From an uncultured delta proteobacterium (lineage in GTDB: Bacteria; Myxococcota_A; Polyangia; Fen-1088): DNA of 64,000 nucleotides. The stretch is from positions 224,001-288,000 of the forward strand of contig CAVTRY010000011.1 in assembly GCA_963737265.1 (NCBI GenBank), in the 5' to 3' direction. The notes beneath the pieces were generated by a model. It searched no databases. It saw only the letters and a program-made list of their open reading frames with translations, and was not told where the DNA came from. Both the position numbers and the translations under genes were made by a program. How positions within the stretch are numbered: position 1 is the stretch's first letter; each line of letters begins with the position of its first letter. Below, in pieces: positions 32,677 through 43,287 of this stretch.

Positions 32677-34088
32677 TGTACCCCGGCAGCTTCGGCAGCT
32701 TCGGCAGCCTCGGCAACTTCCGGTTGAAGCGTGACCACGGTGCGATTCCGAGGCGTGAAGTACTTTCCGGCCACCCGCTTGACGTCGGCCGGGCTGACCT
32801 CGGCCAGCAGGGCGAAGGTGTCGTCGATGGCCGACAGCCTGCCGGCGAGGGCCAGGAATTCCGCCCCAATCAGTGCTACCTTGTCGGCGGTGGCGAGCTG
32901 GCCGGCAAAGGCGTAGCGGGTGTGCGACACCACCTCGGCCAGGGTCTTGTCGCTCATGCCATCGGCCGCGATACGGGCGATTTCGTCGTAGATGACCTTC
33001 TCGACATAGGCCAGGTCCTTGCTGTCCTTCACCCGGGCGAGAATCGTAAACAAGTTGGGATCCACGTGGCGTTCGCACGCCCCGTCGACGATCTCCACCT
33101 TCTGCTCGTCGAGCACTAGGCGGCGGTAGAGCGGCGAGCGCTCGGCGAACACCAGCTCCGACAGGACTTCCAGCGCCACGGCGTCGATGCTGGAGGTCGA
33201 GAACGCGGGCCCATGAAAGCCGATGAGCAACATGGGCAGGCTGGCGCCCTTCCACGGCACGGTGGCGCGCCGTTCGCGGGTTTGCGGCGGTTCGACGGGA
33301 ATGGCCGGGCGAGCGGGCCCGGCGCTCCAGCCACCGTAGTGTTTCTCGATGAGCGGCATGACCTGCTCGCTGGTGACATCGCCAACCACCAGCAGCAGCA
33401 CGTTATCGGGCCGGTAATAGCGGTCGAAGAACTGGCGCGAATACGGAAACTGATTGGGCATGTCGACGATGTCGCGCAGAAAACCGATGGTGGTGTGCTT
33501 GTAGGTGTGGGCCTGGAAGGCGCTATCGTAAAGCGCCTCCACCATGGGCTGCAGCGGATCGGACGCGCCCTTGTTGTATTCGCCAAGGACCGCGCGCGAT
33601 TCCTTCTGGAATTCCGATTCGGTGTATTCCAGGTGCTGAAAGCGGTCGGCCTCGATGTTGACGATGGTAGGCAGTGCCGAGGCCCCCGCCAGGATGTGGT
33701 ACACGGTCATGTCGTCCGAAGTGAACGCGTTCGAATCTGCGCCCATGGCCTTGATCGCGGCGTTGTACTTCTCGGTCGAGAACTGCCGGGTTCCGCGGAA
33801 CATCATGTGCTCAAAAAAGTGCGCGAAGCCCGACTTGCCCGGTTCGACTTCGTTGCGGCTGCCGGTGCGGACGATGGAGTAGTAGGCCACGAGGCCCGGG
33901 GAATCGTAGTGAACGACGAAGACGCGCAGCCCGTTCGGCAACGTCTTCTGGGCGGTCGGAAATGGAAATGCCTTGGCCTCTGCGGTCACTTTTGTACCTC
34001 GCGAAATGGGCTTGGGGGCGGCACACGCGAGAAGGGCGAGGCCACCAGCGATTAGTGCGGTCGGCAGGGTGTGTTTCATGTCACGCAA
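32673..34088 (-). CDS. M16 zinc peptidase, catalytic subunit (lipoprotein)
   Basis: GFAHFFEHMMF (HxxEH), NAFTS; lipobox LLAC. Confidence 0.92.
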   Translation of the reverse strand: MRDMKHTLPTALIAGGLALLACAAPKPISRGTKVTAEAKAFPFPTAQKTLPNGLRVFVVHYDSPGLVAYYSIVRTGSRNEVEPGKSGFAHFFEHMMFRGTRQFSTEKYNAAIKAMGADSNAFTSDDMTVYHILAGASALPTIVNIEADRFQHLEYTESEFQKESRAVLGEYNKGASDPLQPMVEALYDSAFQAHTYKHTTIGFLRDIVDMPNQFPYSRQFFDRYYRPDNVLLLVVGDVTSEQVMPLIEKHYGGWSAGPARPAIPVEPPQTRERRATVPWKGASLPMLLIGFHGPAFSTSSIDAVALEVLSELVFAERSPLYRRLVLDEQKVEIVDGACERHVDPNLFTILARVKDSKDLAYVEKVIYDEIARIAADGMSDKTLAEVVSHTRYAFAGQLATADKVALIGAEFLALAGRLSAIDDTFALLAEVSPADVKRVAGKYFTPRNRTVVTLQPEVAEAAEAAEAAGVQ

Positions 34089-34177
34089 CTAGCCCTGGAA
34101 TAGCACGCTCACGCAGCTTCTGCGGTATATTCAAGCACAAATGGGACCCACGCAAAGCGTGCTGGTAGCGCTGGACT

Positions 34178-36385
34178 CTATCTTGTTCTTCGCCGTCGAG
34201 CTCGAGCCGCCAAGGTTGCGGCAGCGAAGACCAGGATCCAATAACCCGAAGAACTGCCGCGGGAGCCGAGTGCGCAGGAGCAGCCGGCGTCGCTGCCTGC
34301 GGCCTTCCCAGAACCTCCTCCCGTGGTGCCGCCCGCGCCGCTCGTCTTGCTGCTCCCGCCGCTGGCCATCATGCCGCCCGCGGCTCCTCCCACCGGAGCC
34401 CCACCTGGGCCCGCAGCGTCGCCATTGCTGCTTGCGCCTCCATTGCCACCTGCGTTCGTCGCGCCCGCCGCGTCGCCTCCGCGACCGGTGGAGCCCCTGG
34501 ATCCTGTGACCCCAGTCGCCGGCGAACCGCCGGCAGCGCCACCGCTGCCCACGGCGCCACCGTTGCCCGTCGCGCCTCCTCCGCCTCGCCCAGCAGCACC
34601 ACCTGCGCTGCCGCCCGTCGTTCCGCCGCTGCCCGAACCGCCGCCCGCCCCGCCCGCGCCGCTCGCTCCGCCCATGCCACTCGTCCCGCCAGTGCCACTG
34701 GTTCCGCCCGCACCGCCCAGCGTGTACATGAGCGCGCTGTCGTGCGGAACATCCACCGAGATGGCAGTCGTCATTCCCGTCACGTCTGCGCGGTGCCAGC
34801 AATCCCGAACCGTCGGCGTGCCGGTGATCCCGAGTTGGGAAAACGTGACTGAAACCGTCGCATCCTGCGTCCCGCGATTGAACAAAGCGACCGCCTTGCG
34901 TCCGCCAGACAGATCCTTGGCCCATACCTCGGTGCTGCCCGAGGTCGCGATCTGTTTTCCACGGGCGCCCAGGGCGTCCTGATTGATCGCCAGCACCTCT
35001 TCATTGGTGAGCAGGGCAAGGGTCCATCCGTCATTGGCGAGCTTGCTGGGCATGCCGCCAAAGATGAGCGGCGACGGCATGATCGACCACAACGTCATGA
35101 CCTGGACCTGTTGATTGTGGCTGAAGGCACACGGCCGGCTGCCTATGGTCCCGAGCGGGAGCATGTCGGCGTCCGGCCAGTGCCCCGGCGTGATACCGTT
35201 GGTCGTCGACCAGTTGAGCGCCGCCGTGAATTCGTCGGAAATCGAGCTCAGTCCGTTGGTGTCCCAGAAGTCGTTCACCTGCCGCCACATGTTGGCGCTG
35301 GCGTTGAGCACCGCCACATCCTTCGGTTGGATCGGACCCGGGGACAGGCTCAGGATCGTCGAGCGCCCCGTCTTCGCAATTGAATTATGTACCGCCTGCA
35401 CTTCCGGCGAGTGAAGGCCGCTGTCCGCGTACATGTCGTCCACCTTGACGAAATCGACGCCCCAGTCGGCGTACTGCTGATAGATCGAGTCGTACCAAGC
35501 CTTGCCCGCGGCGCTGTCCGCGTTGACGCCAAACATGTGGTTATCCCACGAGCAAGTGTCGCTCGTGTTTCCCGCCTGCGACGCCGTGTAGGCTGAGTTG
35601 GCAATGGGCGAGTTGGCCGTGACCGACTTGCGTGGAATACCGCGCATCAGGTGAATACCAAACTGCAGGCCGAGCGCATGCACCTCGCCGGCAAGCGTCT
35701 TGAATCCATCGTTGCCAATCGCGGACGGGTACTTGGTCTTCGAGGGAAGCCAGCGCCCGTTGGCATCGATCGTGTCCTCCGGGTCGTACCAGAGATAATC
35801 AATCACAATCGTATTCCAGCCGTACGGCTGGAGTAGCGTCTTCAGCGCCTGAGCCTGAGTTTCCACATCCTTTTGCGTAACAGATGCAATAAAGGAATCG
35901 TAGCTGTTCCAGCCCATGGGTGGCGTCAGCGCCAGGGTCGAGCCCGCCGTCAGGGTCAGGGTGGCGCTTGCGCTTCCCGAGCTGTTGGTGACGGTCACGT
36001 CGATGGCATAGGACCCAGCCACCGGCGTCGTCCCGGCAATCGTTCCCGACGTGCCGTCGATGGTGAGTCCGCTCGGCAAATCCGTGGCCGCATACTTCAG
36101 AGGCTCTTGTCCTGTCGCTGGGATGGTGTAGAGGAAGGGGCTTCCAGGGAGCGAGCCGAGGACGGTTGGGCCGAGGATTCTCGGTGTCGCGGGTGGTGCG
36201 GCCATGGAAATTGCGATGTCGGTGGCGGCAGCCAATGCAGGTTCGGACAGCACCGTCGCGCCCGCTGAAAGCAAAGCCAGCCGGCAGTACCGCAGCCATG
36301 TCACTCGCCAGCGGTGGAGAGCTCGTCGAGGGGGAGCGCGATCTTCGGGAGCGATGTTCTGTTGGGAAAGATCTGCTGCTGCCAT
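34178..36385 (-). CDS. GH27 alpha-galactosidase-like protein with Ig (He_PIG) domain, Gly-rich linker and MYXO-CTERM tail
   Basis: TPPMGWNSYD, WGVDFVKVDD, WPDADMLP; tail GCSCALG + TM + RARRRR. Confidence 0.88.
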   Translation of the reverse strand: MAAADLSQQNIAPEDRAPPRRALHRWRVTWLRYCRLALLSAGATVLSEPALAAATDIAISMAAPPATPRILGPTVLGSLPGSPFLYTIPATGQEPLKYAATDLPSGLTIDGTSGTIAGTTPVAGSYAIDVTVTNSSGSASATLTLTAGSTLALTPPMGWNSYDSFIASVTQKDVETQAQALKTLLQPYGWNTIVIDYLWYDPEDTIDANGRWLPSKTKYPSAIGNDGFKTLAGEVHALGLQFGIHLMRGIPRKSVTANSPIANSAYTASQAGNTSDTCSWDNHMFGVNADSAAGKAWYDSIYQQYADWGVDFVKVDDMYADSGLHSPEVQAVHNSIAKTGRSTILSLSPGPIQPKDVAVLNASANMWRQVNDFWDTNGLSSISDEFTAALNWSTTNGITPGHWPDADMLPLGTIGSRPCAFSHNQQVQVMTLWSIMPSPLIFGGMPSKLANDGWTLALLTNEEVLAINQDALGARGKQIATSGSTEVWAKDLSGGRKAVALFNRGTQDATVSVTFSQLGITGTPTVRDCWHRADVTGMTTAISVDVPHDSALMYTLGGAGGTSGTGGTSGMGGASGAGGAGGGSGSGGTTGGSAGGAAGRGGGGATGNGGAVGSGGAAGGSPATGVTGSRGSTGRGGDAAGATNAGGNGGASSNGDAAGPGGAPVGGAAGGMMASGGSSKTSGAGGTTGGGSGKAAGSDAGCSCALGSRGSSSGYWILVFAAATLAARARRRRTR

Positions 36386-36629
36386 GGGGCGAGTCTCCTC
36401 CGACCTTGGTCGAGTGTCCAACGCGTAAGCGAAACAAGCTGGGTGCTGGGGCAGCGAAATGCCTTTGCCGCGGCGTGCGTAGGCAACCAAACCGATGGCC
36501 ACGCCGCCCGGACCCATCCAAATTGAAGGCACGTCCAGCCTCGCCGAGGTCGACTACGCTGACCCGCCCAGCCCGAGTGGTGACGAACCGGAGCGCCGAA
36601 GGCGGTCCGAAGACGGGGCCAGGGATGGG

Positions 36630-36910
36630 CCTATGCCCTGCGCAGCAGGCCGGAATGATGTCGGTGCTCGCCACTTCATTCTTCAGCCAGTTGCAGGTGC
36701 CACAATTGGTGTAGGTCCCGGCGGCGCTAATCGACGAGTCGACCCAATAGGACATGAACTGCAGGTATGAATAGTTCGCAAGCGAGCCGCCATGGGCGGC
36801 CATGCCCCAAGCGAACTTGCAACCAAACGGATGCGTGGCTGAACCGCACGCGCCTGTGCCGGTGGAGATGGTTCCGCCAGCGCCGCCGCTCGCGCTCGAT
36901 CCCCACGACC
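36630..36910 (-). pseudogene. fragment of a secreted Gly-linker carbohydrate-active protein
   Basis: GGAGGTISTGTGACGSATHPFGCKFAWG...QFMSYWVD...CNWL reads as protein-like, but has no start and degenerates after DIIPA. Confidence 0.45.
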
Positions 36911-37001
36911 GCTTGTGCCCCCGAAGGAGGCGACGCTGCTTCCAGCAACGCCGCAATTAGCCCCTCCGGAGGTTGGCCAGAATAGGCCAGAATAGCTATG
37001 G

Positions 37002-37481
37002 CTAGCCGGTGGGCGGCAGTTTCGTTAGGGCGGCTCGAAGAGCGCCGAGGTGACTGTTGTCCGCGGCCATCATGGCTTGGAACAGGCGCTTGCACTGCGG
37101 ATGGGTGAAGATGAGTACCTGATCGGCGTGCAACACGGTCATGGCTTCTTCAAAGTCGATGGCGGCAACCAAGGCCTCGTGCGCCGAGGGTGGGCGGACT
37201 TGAAATTCCTCAATCGTGGTCTCGATCGCCTGGCGAAGGTTGACGAGCGTCGACGCGTCGACGATGGCGGCCGAAATCGTGTCGGCCATGGTTTCAAGCA
37301 TCAGCGTGAACTGAGCCGCGTGGTTCATTTCCTCGCGCGCCGTTTTCTTCCACAGACGCGCGATGGCCGGATCGTCTCCGTGCAACGTGGCCAGCGCCTC
37401 GTAAAGACCAGCCATGGCAAACTCGAGCGCTCGGCACGCCGTCAGCACCTTTAATACTTCTTGCGCGCCGTCGGCGACCAT
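37002..37481 (-). CDS. ferritin-like/rubrerythrin-family protein
   Basis: ALE..AGLY...AREEMNH...AIDFE...DNSH di-iron-type spacing. Confidence 0.75.
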   Translation of the reverse strand: MVADGAQEVLKVLTACRALEFAMAGLYEALATLHGDDPAIARLWKKTAREEMNHAAQFTLMLETMADTISAAIVDASTLVNLRQAIETTIEEFQVRPPSAHEALVAAIDFEEAMTVLHADQVLIFTHPQCKRLFQAMMAADNSHLGALRAALTKLPPTG

Positions 37482-37581
37482 CGCGTTCAACCCTAGCAGC
37501 CCGTGGTGAAAGTCTCCACGTCGCCGTTCGGGCGGATTCTGGGCCCGAGATTTTGCACCGATCGGGCGAGAGCACGGTACC

Positions 37582-38949
37582 ATGCACGCCCTCATGCAAG
37601 ACGAGCTCGTAGCCCAACGCCGCCTTTCCGCGCAGGCGCGCGCCCTGACCCTTGAAATTGCCGCCGAGGCGCGCGCCGAATGGGGCTTCGCGACCGACAT
37701 CATGGCCCGGGCACTGCGTGCAAATCGCCAGCTCGCAAGCGGCGACCGGCGCTTGATCGCCGAGACGGTGTACGGCCTTCTGCGCTGCGAGCGGCGCCTC
37801 GAGGCTATTGTCGACGAGATTCTGACCTCCGCCCGGGTGCCCAGGGAGCGCCTTCTGCCGGTCACGCCGATGGTCCGGCAGGAGCTCAAGCTGCTGGTGT
37901 ATGAGTTGCGCGGTGGTATTCCGGTGGAGGCGCTCAAGGCGGAGGCGCATCGGCTGGCCGGACGTGAAGTCGATCTGGCGGCCGCAATCGCGGACGACGC
38001 CGGCCTGGCCGGCCTAGTGGGCATGAACCGCGAGGCGATGCGGATCTCGTACCCGACCTGGCTGCTCGAACGGTTCACCGCCAGCTTGGGTGAGAAGGAT
38101 GCAGTTGCGCTGGCCGAGGCCATGAACACCCGCGCGCCTATGTCGGTGCGAACCAACACGGTCAAGGTTTCGCGCGACGAGCTTGCCCTGCGCCTGACCC
38201 AGGAAGGCGTCGACGCGCAACCGGCGCGCCTGTCGCAGGTCGGTCTGTGGTTGAAGACGCGGGTCAACGCCTTTGGCCTGTCGGCGTTTCGCGACGGCCT
38301 GTTCGAAGTCATGGACGAAGGCAGCCAACTCGTCGCCGAAGCCGTGGCCCCGCCGCCGCGCGGCCGCGTGGTCGACGCTTGCGCCGGGGCAGGGGGCAAG
38401 ACCCTTGCGCTGGCGGCGAGTCTGGCCAACCAGGGCCGCATCCTGGCGCTTGATTCCAATGGCAAGAAGCTGGAAGAACTGCGCCGCCGGGCTCGACGTG
38501 CAGGACTGTCCAACATCACCGCGCGCGAGGTGACTGGACCCGTGCTGCCGTCGGAGGCAAAACGCGGCGCCTGGGATCGGGTGTTGGTCGACGCGCCTTG
38601 CTCCGGGCTTGGCACTCTGCGCAGAAACCCCGAGGCCCGCTGGCGCCTCACAGCCAAGACCGTGGACGCCTTTTCCGCGGATCAGCTCGCCCTGCTGGTG
38701 ACCTACGCGCCGCTGGTCGCGATTGGTGGTCGCCTCGTCTATGCCACGTGCTCGGTGCTGCGCGAGGAGAACGACGGCGTGATCGAGTCCTTCCTGCGCG
38801 AGCGGCCAGACTTCGTCGTCATGCCACTCAAGGAAATCTGGGGCAAGGAACGCGCGCTGACCGTGGGCGACGGCAGCTTCCTGCGCTTGCTACCGCACGT
38901 GCATGACACCGACGGATTCTTCACCGCGGTGCTTCGGCGCAAGGACTAA
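37582..38949 (+). CDS. RsmB/NOP-family RNA m5C methyltransferase
   Basis: DEGSQL, DACAGAGGKT, LVDAPCSG, YATCS, DGFF. Confidence 0.92.
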   Translation: MHALMQDELVAQRRLSAQARALTLEIAAEARAEWGFATDIMARALRANRQLASGDRRLIAETVYGLLRCERRLEAIVDEILTSARVPRERLLPVTPMVRQELKLLVYELRGGIPVEALKAEAHRLAGREVDLAAAIADDAGLAGLVGMNREAMRISYPTWLLERFTASLGEKDAVALAEAMNTRAPMSVRTNTVKVSRDELALRLTQEGVDAQPARLSQVGLWLKTRVNAFGLSAFRDGLFEVMDEGSQLVAEAVAPPPRGRVVDACAGAGGKTLALAASLANQGRILALDSNGKKLEELRRRARRAGLSNITAREVTGPVLPSEAKRGAWDRVLVDAPCSGLGTLRRNPEARWRLTAKTVDAFSADQLALLVTYAPLVAIGGRLVYATCSVLREENDGVIESFLRERPDFVVMPLKEIWGKERALTVGDGSFLRLLPHVHDTDGFFTAVLRRKD

Positions 38950-39080
38950 TAGTAACCAGTCATCGACGGCGACGAAGCCACCCTTGGTCAGCGTTCACGT
39001 GAAGCATGCCATGCAGCTCGCGCGGGGCGTCTCTTCTTCCGTGCGGGTGCCGGCAATGCCCGCGTCAGCTCCCGAGCGTG

Positions 39081-41201
39081 CTACCACACACTGCAACGAT
39101 CGCGCCGTACCATCGCCGAGCCGGCCGGGCAGGCGAAGGCCGAGGCGAAGGCGGGCAGATTGCTGAGCGTGCCGTTGACCCGGAAGCGCGGCGGGGAATG
39201 GGGATCGACCCTGGCCAGGCTGCGCTCGAGCTCGGGCCGCCGGTTGGTGCACCAGGATTGCGCAAGGGCCAGGAAGAAGCGCTGCTCTTCCGTGGCATCG
39301 ACGAATGCCGCCGCTCCGACCGAGCTCGGCGTACGGGCTTGCGTCCGATGGAGCAGCGCCTGCAGGGAAAGCTTGACCCCGCCGAGGTCCGCGATGTTCT
39401 CGCCGAGGGTGAGCTTGCCGTTGATCGGGACCTCGTCGTAGGCGTGATAGCCGGCGTATTGCCTGACCACGCACGCGGTTCTCTCCTCGTACGCGCGTTC
39501 CACCTGCGGGGTCCACCACTCGCGCAGGTTGCCGCTCTTGTCGAACTTGCGCCCCTCATCGTCGAACCCGTGGGTCAGCTCGTGCCCCATCACCATGCCG
39601 ATGGCGCCGTCATTGGCGGCGTCGGGTGCGCTCACGTCGAAGAACGGGGTTTGCAGAATGCCCGCCGGGAAGACCATCTCATTGAGCTGAGAATTGTAGT
39701 AGGCGTTGACCGTCATGGGCGTCATGGCCCATTCCTGGCGGTCGACCGGCTTGCCGATCTTCGCGTACTGGCGCTCGCTTTCGAACGCATCCGCGGCGAG
39801 CACGTTGTCGGTGTAGTTGTGCCGGTCGATGTGGACGCGGTCGTAGCGGCGCCACTTCTCCGGATAGCCGATCTTGTCGTACACCGCGTGCAGCTTGTCC
39901 AAGGCCGCGGCCCGCGTAGGCGCGTCCATCCAGGCGATTTGTTCGAGATCCCTGGCGAAGGCGGCCTCGATGTCGTGCACCATGGACAGGGCACGCTGCT
40001 TGGAATCGGCGGAAAATACCTTCTTGACGAAAGGCTGAGCCAGCGCCTCGCCGAGGGCCGCATCGGTGGCGTCCGCACAACGTTTCCAGCGTGGCAGCAG
40101 GACCTTGGCCCCGGTCAGATTGTGGCTGGCAAACGCGAAGGACTCGTCGACGAAGCGCGGCCCCAGGGCCATGGCGTGGTCGGAAACCGCGTGCCAGCGT
40201 AGATAGGCACGAAGCTCGGCGAGCGGCGTGGCTTCGAGCAGGCGATTGAGCCCTATGAAGAATCCGGGCACTGCCACGTTGATGGCTCGGACTCCGGATA
40301 GATCGGCTACGAAGTAACGCTGCCACGGAAAATGCGGCGCGGACGCCTCGAGGCCGGCGCGATCGATCCGGTGGTACACGTTCTCCGGATCTCGCCGATC
40401 GACCAGCGACATGGAGGCTTGCGCGAGCTGGGTTTCGAGCTGCAGCACGACGTCGGCATCCGCGGCAGCAGCGGTCGTGGTCTCGCCAGCGAGGACGAGC
40501 ATGCGCGCGATGTGGCCGCGGTAGGCCTGGCGCAGCTTGCCCGATTCCGGATCCCGCTTCAGGTAGTATTCGCGATCGGGCAGGCCCAGCCCGCCCTGGT
40601 CGGCTTCGCCTATCATCTGCGTGGCGTCGCGAAAGTCCTGATCCGGGCCGAAGGCGAAGAACACGCCGAAGGCGCGGTCCTGCATCCAGCGCACGAGGAC
40701 GGCCAATCGGTCGAGGTCGGAGACCGCCGCGATGCGGGCCAGCCAGTCGGACAGGGCCGTCCGTCCGGCCTCCGCCACCGCCGGCTCGTCCATGCAGGAG
40801 GCGTAGAAATCGCCCACCCGACGCGCGTCGGGCTCGCCCGGGTTGACCTGCCCGGCGGCGTAGGCATCGAGGATGCCGTGCAGGATGTTCTGGTTGCGTT
40901 CGTGGATTACGGAGAAGGATCGTGTCCACGCCGGGCGATCGGGCGGAATCGGGGTGCGCGCGAGCCAGGTGCCGCACGCGTATTGATAGAAGTCCTGGCA
41001 GGGTGAGACCGAGTGGTCGATTGCAGTCGGATCGAATCCGAGCGCGACCGCATCCCCGGCAGCCGGCGCAGCGATGGGCGCGGGCGTGGGAGGCACCGGG
41101 TGGGGTTGGGGCGACGGACCCACTGCGGGGGTCGCCCGGCACCCACAAACCGCGAAGATCAGTCCGAGAAGATCTCTGCGCAGGAAAAATTGCATGGTCA
41201 T
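39081..41201 (-). CDS. M13 (neprilysin/ECE-like) metallopeptidase, lipoprotein
   Basis: PCQDFYQYACG, VNAYY, GHELTHGFD, GENIAD. Confidence 0.94.
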   Translation of the reverse strand: MTMQFFLRRDLLGLIFAVCGCRATPAVGPSPQPHPVPPTPAPIAAPAAGDAVALGFDPTAIDHSVSPCQDFYQYACGTWLARTPIPPDRPAWTRSFSVIHERNQNILHGILDAYAAGQVNPGEPDARRVGDFYASCMDEPAVAEAGRTALSDWLARIAAVSDLDRLAVLVRWMQDRAFGVFFAFGPDQDFRDATQMIGEADQGGLGLPDREYYLKRDPESGKLRQAYRGHIARMLVLAGETTTAAAADADVVLQLETQLAQASMSLVDRRDPENVYHRIDRAGLEASAPHFPWQRYFVADLSGVRAINVAVPGFFIGLNRLLEATPLAELRAYLRWHAVSDHAMALGPRFVDESFAFASHNLTGAKVLLPRWKRCADATDAALGEALAQPFVKKVFSADSKQRALSMVHDIEAAFARDLEQIAWMDAPTRAAALDKLHAVYDKIGYPEKWRRYDRVHIDRHNYTDNVLAADAFESERQYAKIGKPVDRQEWAMTPMTVNAYYNSQLNEMVFPAGILQTPFFDVSAPDAANDGAIGMVMGHELTHGFDDEGRKFDKSGNLREWWTPQVERAYEERTACVVRQYAGYHAYDEVPINGKLTLGENIADLGGVKLSLQALLHRTQARTPSSVGAAAFVDATEEQRFFLALAQSWCTNRRPELERSLARVDPHSPPRFRVNGTLSNLPAFASAFACPAGSAMVRRDRCSVW

Positions 41202-41479
41202 GACGAGCAAAGGGATAGCAGAGAGGATGAAGCCGAGCGATGGGAGTTCCTCGACAGTGGCTCGGTCGGGGCCGATATTCCACGGTCGCTGCGCCGCAAG
41301 TGCGCGATGTGCATGCACAACTCCACGTGATGGAGATTCATCGGCAATCAATCGAGACGGCGGTGGACGATGGCCACAGGACCCGCACCCCGCACTACAA
41401 CCGCGTCCTTGGCGCTTTCGAGAAGCCCGAGATGAGAGCCATCCTGACCAGCCGGATCTCGACTGGGGCCGTGTCAGCA

Positions 41480-41660
41480 CGCTCCCCGCGCGGGACGAAC
41501 CCGATGCGGGCGCGCAGGCGGAGCGTCGCCCACTCGAACAGGGCGCTCTCGGTCTCGTCAGGCTCGATGTCGCCCAAGGCGTACGTGAGCTTGCTTTCGG
41601 TCGGCGCGGTGCGAGGGGCCGCGCCGACGTGCGGCGCACTTCGTTGCGTTCGTAGCGCAC
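41480..41660 (-). pseudogene. remnant resembling the C-terminus of a DUF1636 metal-binding protein
   Basis: SKLTYALGDIEP...ALFEWA...GFVPRGER resembles, from memory, the DUF1636 K-TY-GDL-P...G-VP-RER pattern. Confidence 0.3.
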
Positions 41661-41708
41661 ACTCGAGGACCGTCGCGCCCCGTCGCCGGCCTTGCGGCCA
41701 GCTCGTAC

Positions 41709-41725
41709 ATGCAATAGAGTTGCAC
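41709..41725. promoter_or_regulatory. palindromic operator copy 1 (ATGCAA-N5-TTGCA)
   Basis: ATGCAATAGAGTTGCAC. Confidence 0.6.
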
Positions 41726-41744
41726 CTCGTGGCGAACGACGATA

Positions 41745-42590
41745 CTCGACCGGCGGGGCGTGGGCACGGACACCGTTCTCGGCCGGGTGGTCCAGCTCTT
41801 GGCCGAGGTCGAGAGCACGTCGGTCCCCGTGCTGCGCTTGTTCGAAAAGCGGGCCGGCGTCTGGCTGCCCCTGGTGTTGGCCGTGGCGGCAACCACGCTG
41901 TTTTTCACTCGGGATCTTTCCCGCGCGATCGCGGTGCTGGTCGCCGCGACACCGACGGCTCTGGTGGTGGCGGGCCCTGCCGCCGTGATCGCGGCGATGA
42001 GCGTCGCCACCCGCTTGCGCATCCTGGTGAAGAGCTCGGACTTCTTCGAGCACGCCTCGGAGGTGGATACGCTGATCCTCGACAAAACCGGGACCGTCAC
42101 CGTGGGCGCCCCGACGGTGGTGGACGTTTTGCCGGCGCCGGGCGTCGACGAGAACGAATTGCTGGCGGTCGCCGTCGCGTGCGGATTTGGCTCGCTCCAC
42201 CCTGCCTCGCGCGCCGTCGTCGCCGCCGGGGTGGCGCGGGGCATCGTCGCCGCCAGGCCCAGCGATGTCAGGGAGCGGCCCGGCATGGGGTGCTCGCGAC
42301 GGTCGACGGCCAACCGGCAATGCTGGGCCGCCGCGCGTTGCTCGTCGAGCACGGCGTGGAGGTCGAGGCCCACGGTCCCGAGGACGCGTCGCAGGTCTGG
42401 GTCGCCCGCGAGAAGCGGTGCCTCGGTTACTTCACTCTCCGCGATCAGCCCCGTCGTGAGGCCCGGGACGCTCTGCTCGCCCTGCGCGAACTGGGCATCG
42501 ACCGCTTCATCTTGCTGACCGGGGATCGCGCCGCCGCCGCGCGCGAGGTCGGTGCGGCCCTGGGGATGGACGAAGTCATCGCGGGGCCCA
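41745..42590 (+). pseudogene. internal fragment of a heavy-metal P1B-type ATPase
   Basis: DKTGTVT phosphorylation motif, SLHP, PGMG, LLTGD; N- and C-termini absent; frameshift at ~42288. Confidence 0.85.
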
Positions 42591-42813
42591 AGATCTCCCG
42601 CTCAGACATGGAGGAACCCATAACCGGTCGCTACTGCGAGACGTTGCTCCTTTTGCGTAACTCCTGGCGCTTGCCTCCGCCATGATCTGGTGTGGCGCCA
42701 TGGCGGGCTCGACACACCTGGTGGCTTTGACCTCCTGCTGCAACGAAGTTGGTATTCGGACCACCCGTAAGATGTTCGTCGAGTCGTGATGGTTTCGAGA
42801 GTCACGGTATCCA

Positions 42814-42830
42814 ATGCAATCTAGTTGCAG
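42814..42830. promoter_or_regulatory. palindromic operator copy 2
   Basis: ATGCAATCTAGTTGCAG, ~35 bp upstream of the MerC-like ORF. Confidence 0.65.
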
Positions 42831-42864
42831 CGGCGCGGAGGCCAGACCATGGTTAGCGTGAGAC

Positions 42865-43287
42865 ATGTCGGTGTTCACCACTCCATCCCCTGGCGCGGAA
42901 CTGGTTGTAGCGATGCTGGGCGGCTCCGCGACTCTGCGCGGGCTCGGCGCGCGGGCATCGGATTCCGACCGCGTTGGGATTGTCGCCTCAACTCTTTGTG
43001 CGGTTCATTGCGCCGGCACGGCTGTCCTGGCGGGTGCCTCCGGTATCGGTGCGCTCTTCGCGGACGAACGCCTCGAGGTCGGCTTCTTCGTCTGTGCAGT
43101 CTCCGTCGCTCTCGTGGCCCTCGTGCGCGGCTGGCGCCGCCATCGCTCGAGGATGCCTGGCGCTGTAGGCTCGTTCGGCATCGTCATTCTGCTGGCCGCG
43201 CGATGCGGGGCGACCGCGAGCTCCGCTGCGGAAGCAATGCTCTCCGTGGTTGTGTGGCAATGGGGCCTTGTCGCTCGCCCAAGGTAG
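42865..43287 (+). CDS. MerC-family membrane protein (3' end probably truncated)
   Basis: DRVGIVASTLCAVHC, GWRRH, several TM helices. Confidence 0.75.
   Translation: MSVFTTPSPGAELVVAMLGGSATLRGLGARASDSDRVGIVASTLCAVHCAGTAVLAGASGIGALFADERLEVGFFVCAVSVALVALVRGWRRHRSRMPGAVGSFGIVILLAARCGATASSAAEAMLSVVVWQWGLVARPR

Noticed and set aside
34300-34720. GC-rich low-complexity repeats (also 62400-62750)
   Set aside because: They encode Gly/Ser/Thr linkers of secreted enzymes.
41201-42320. N-terminal ~370 aa of the 1079-aa ORF as an M13 peptidase fusion
   Set aside because: It is largely the antisense of the P-ATPase fragment; the peptidase lipoprotein signal starts near 41201.
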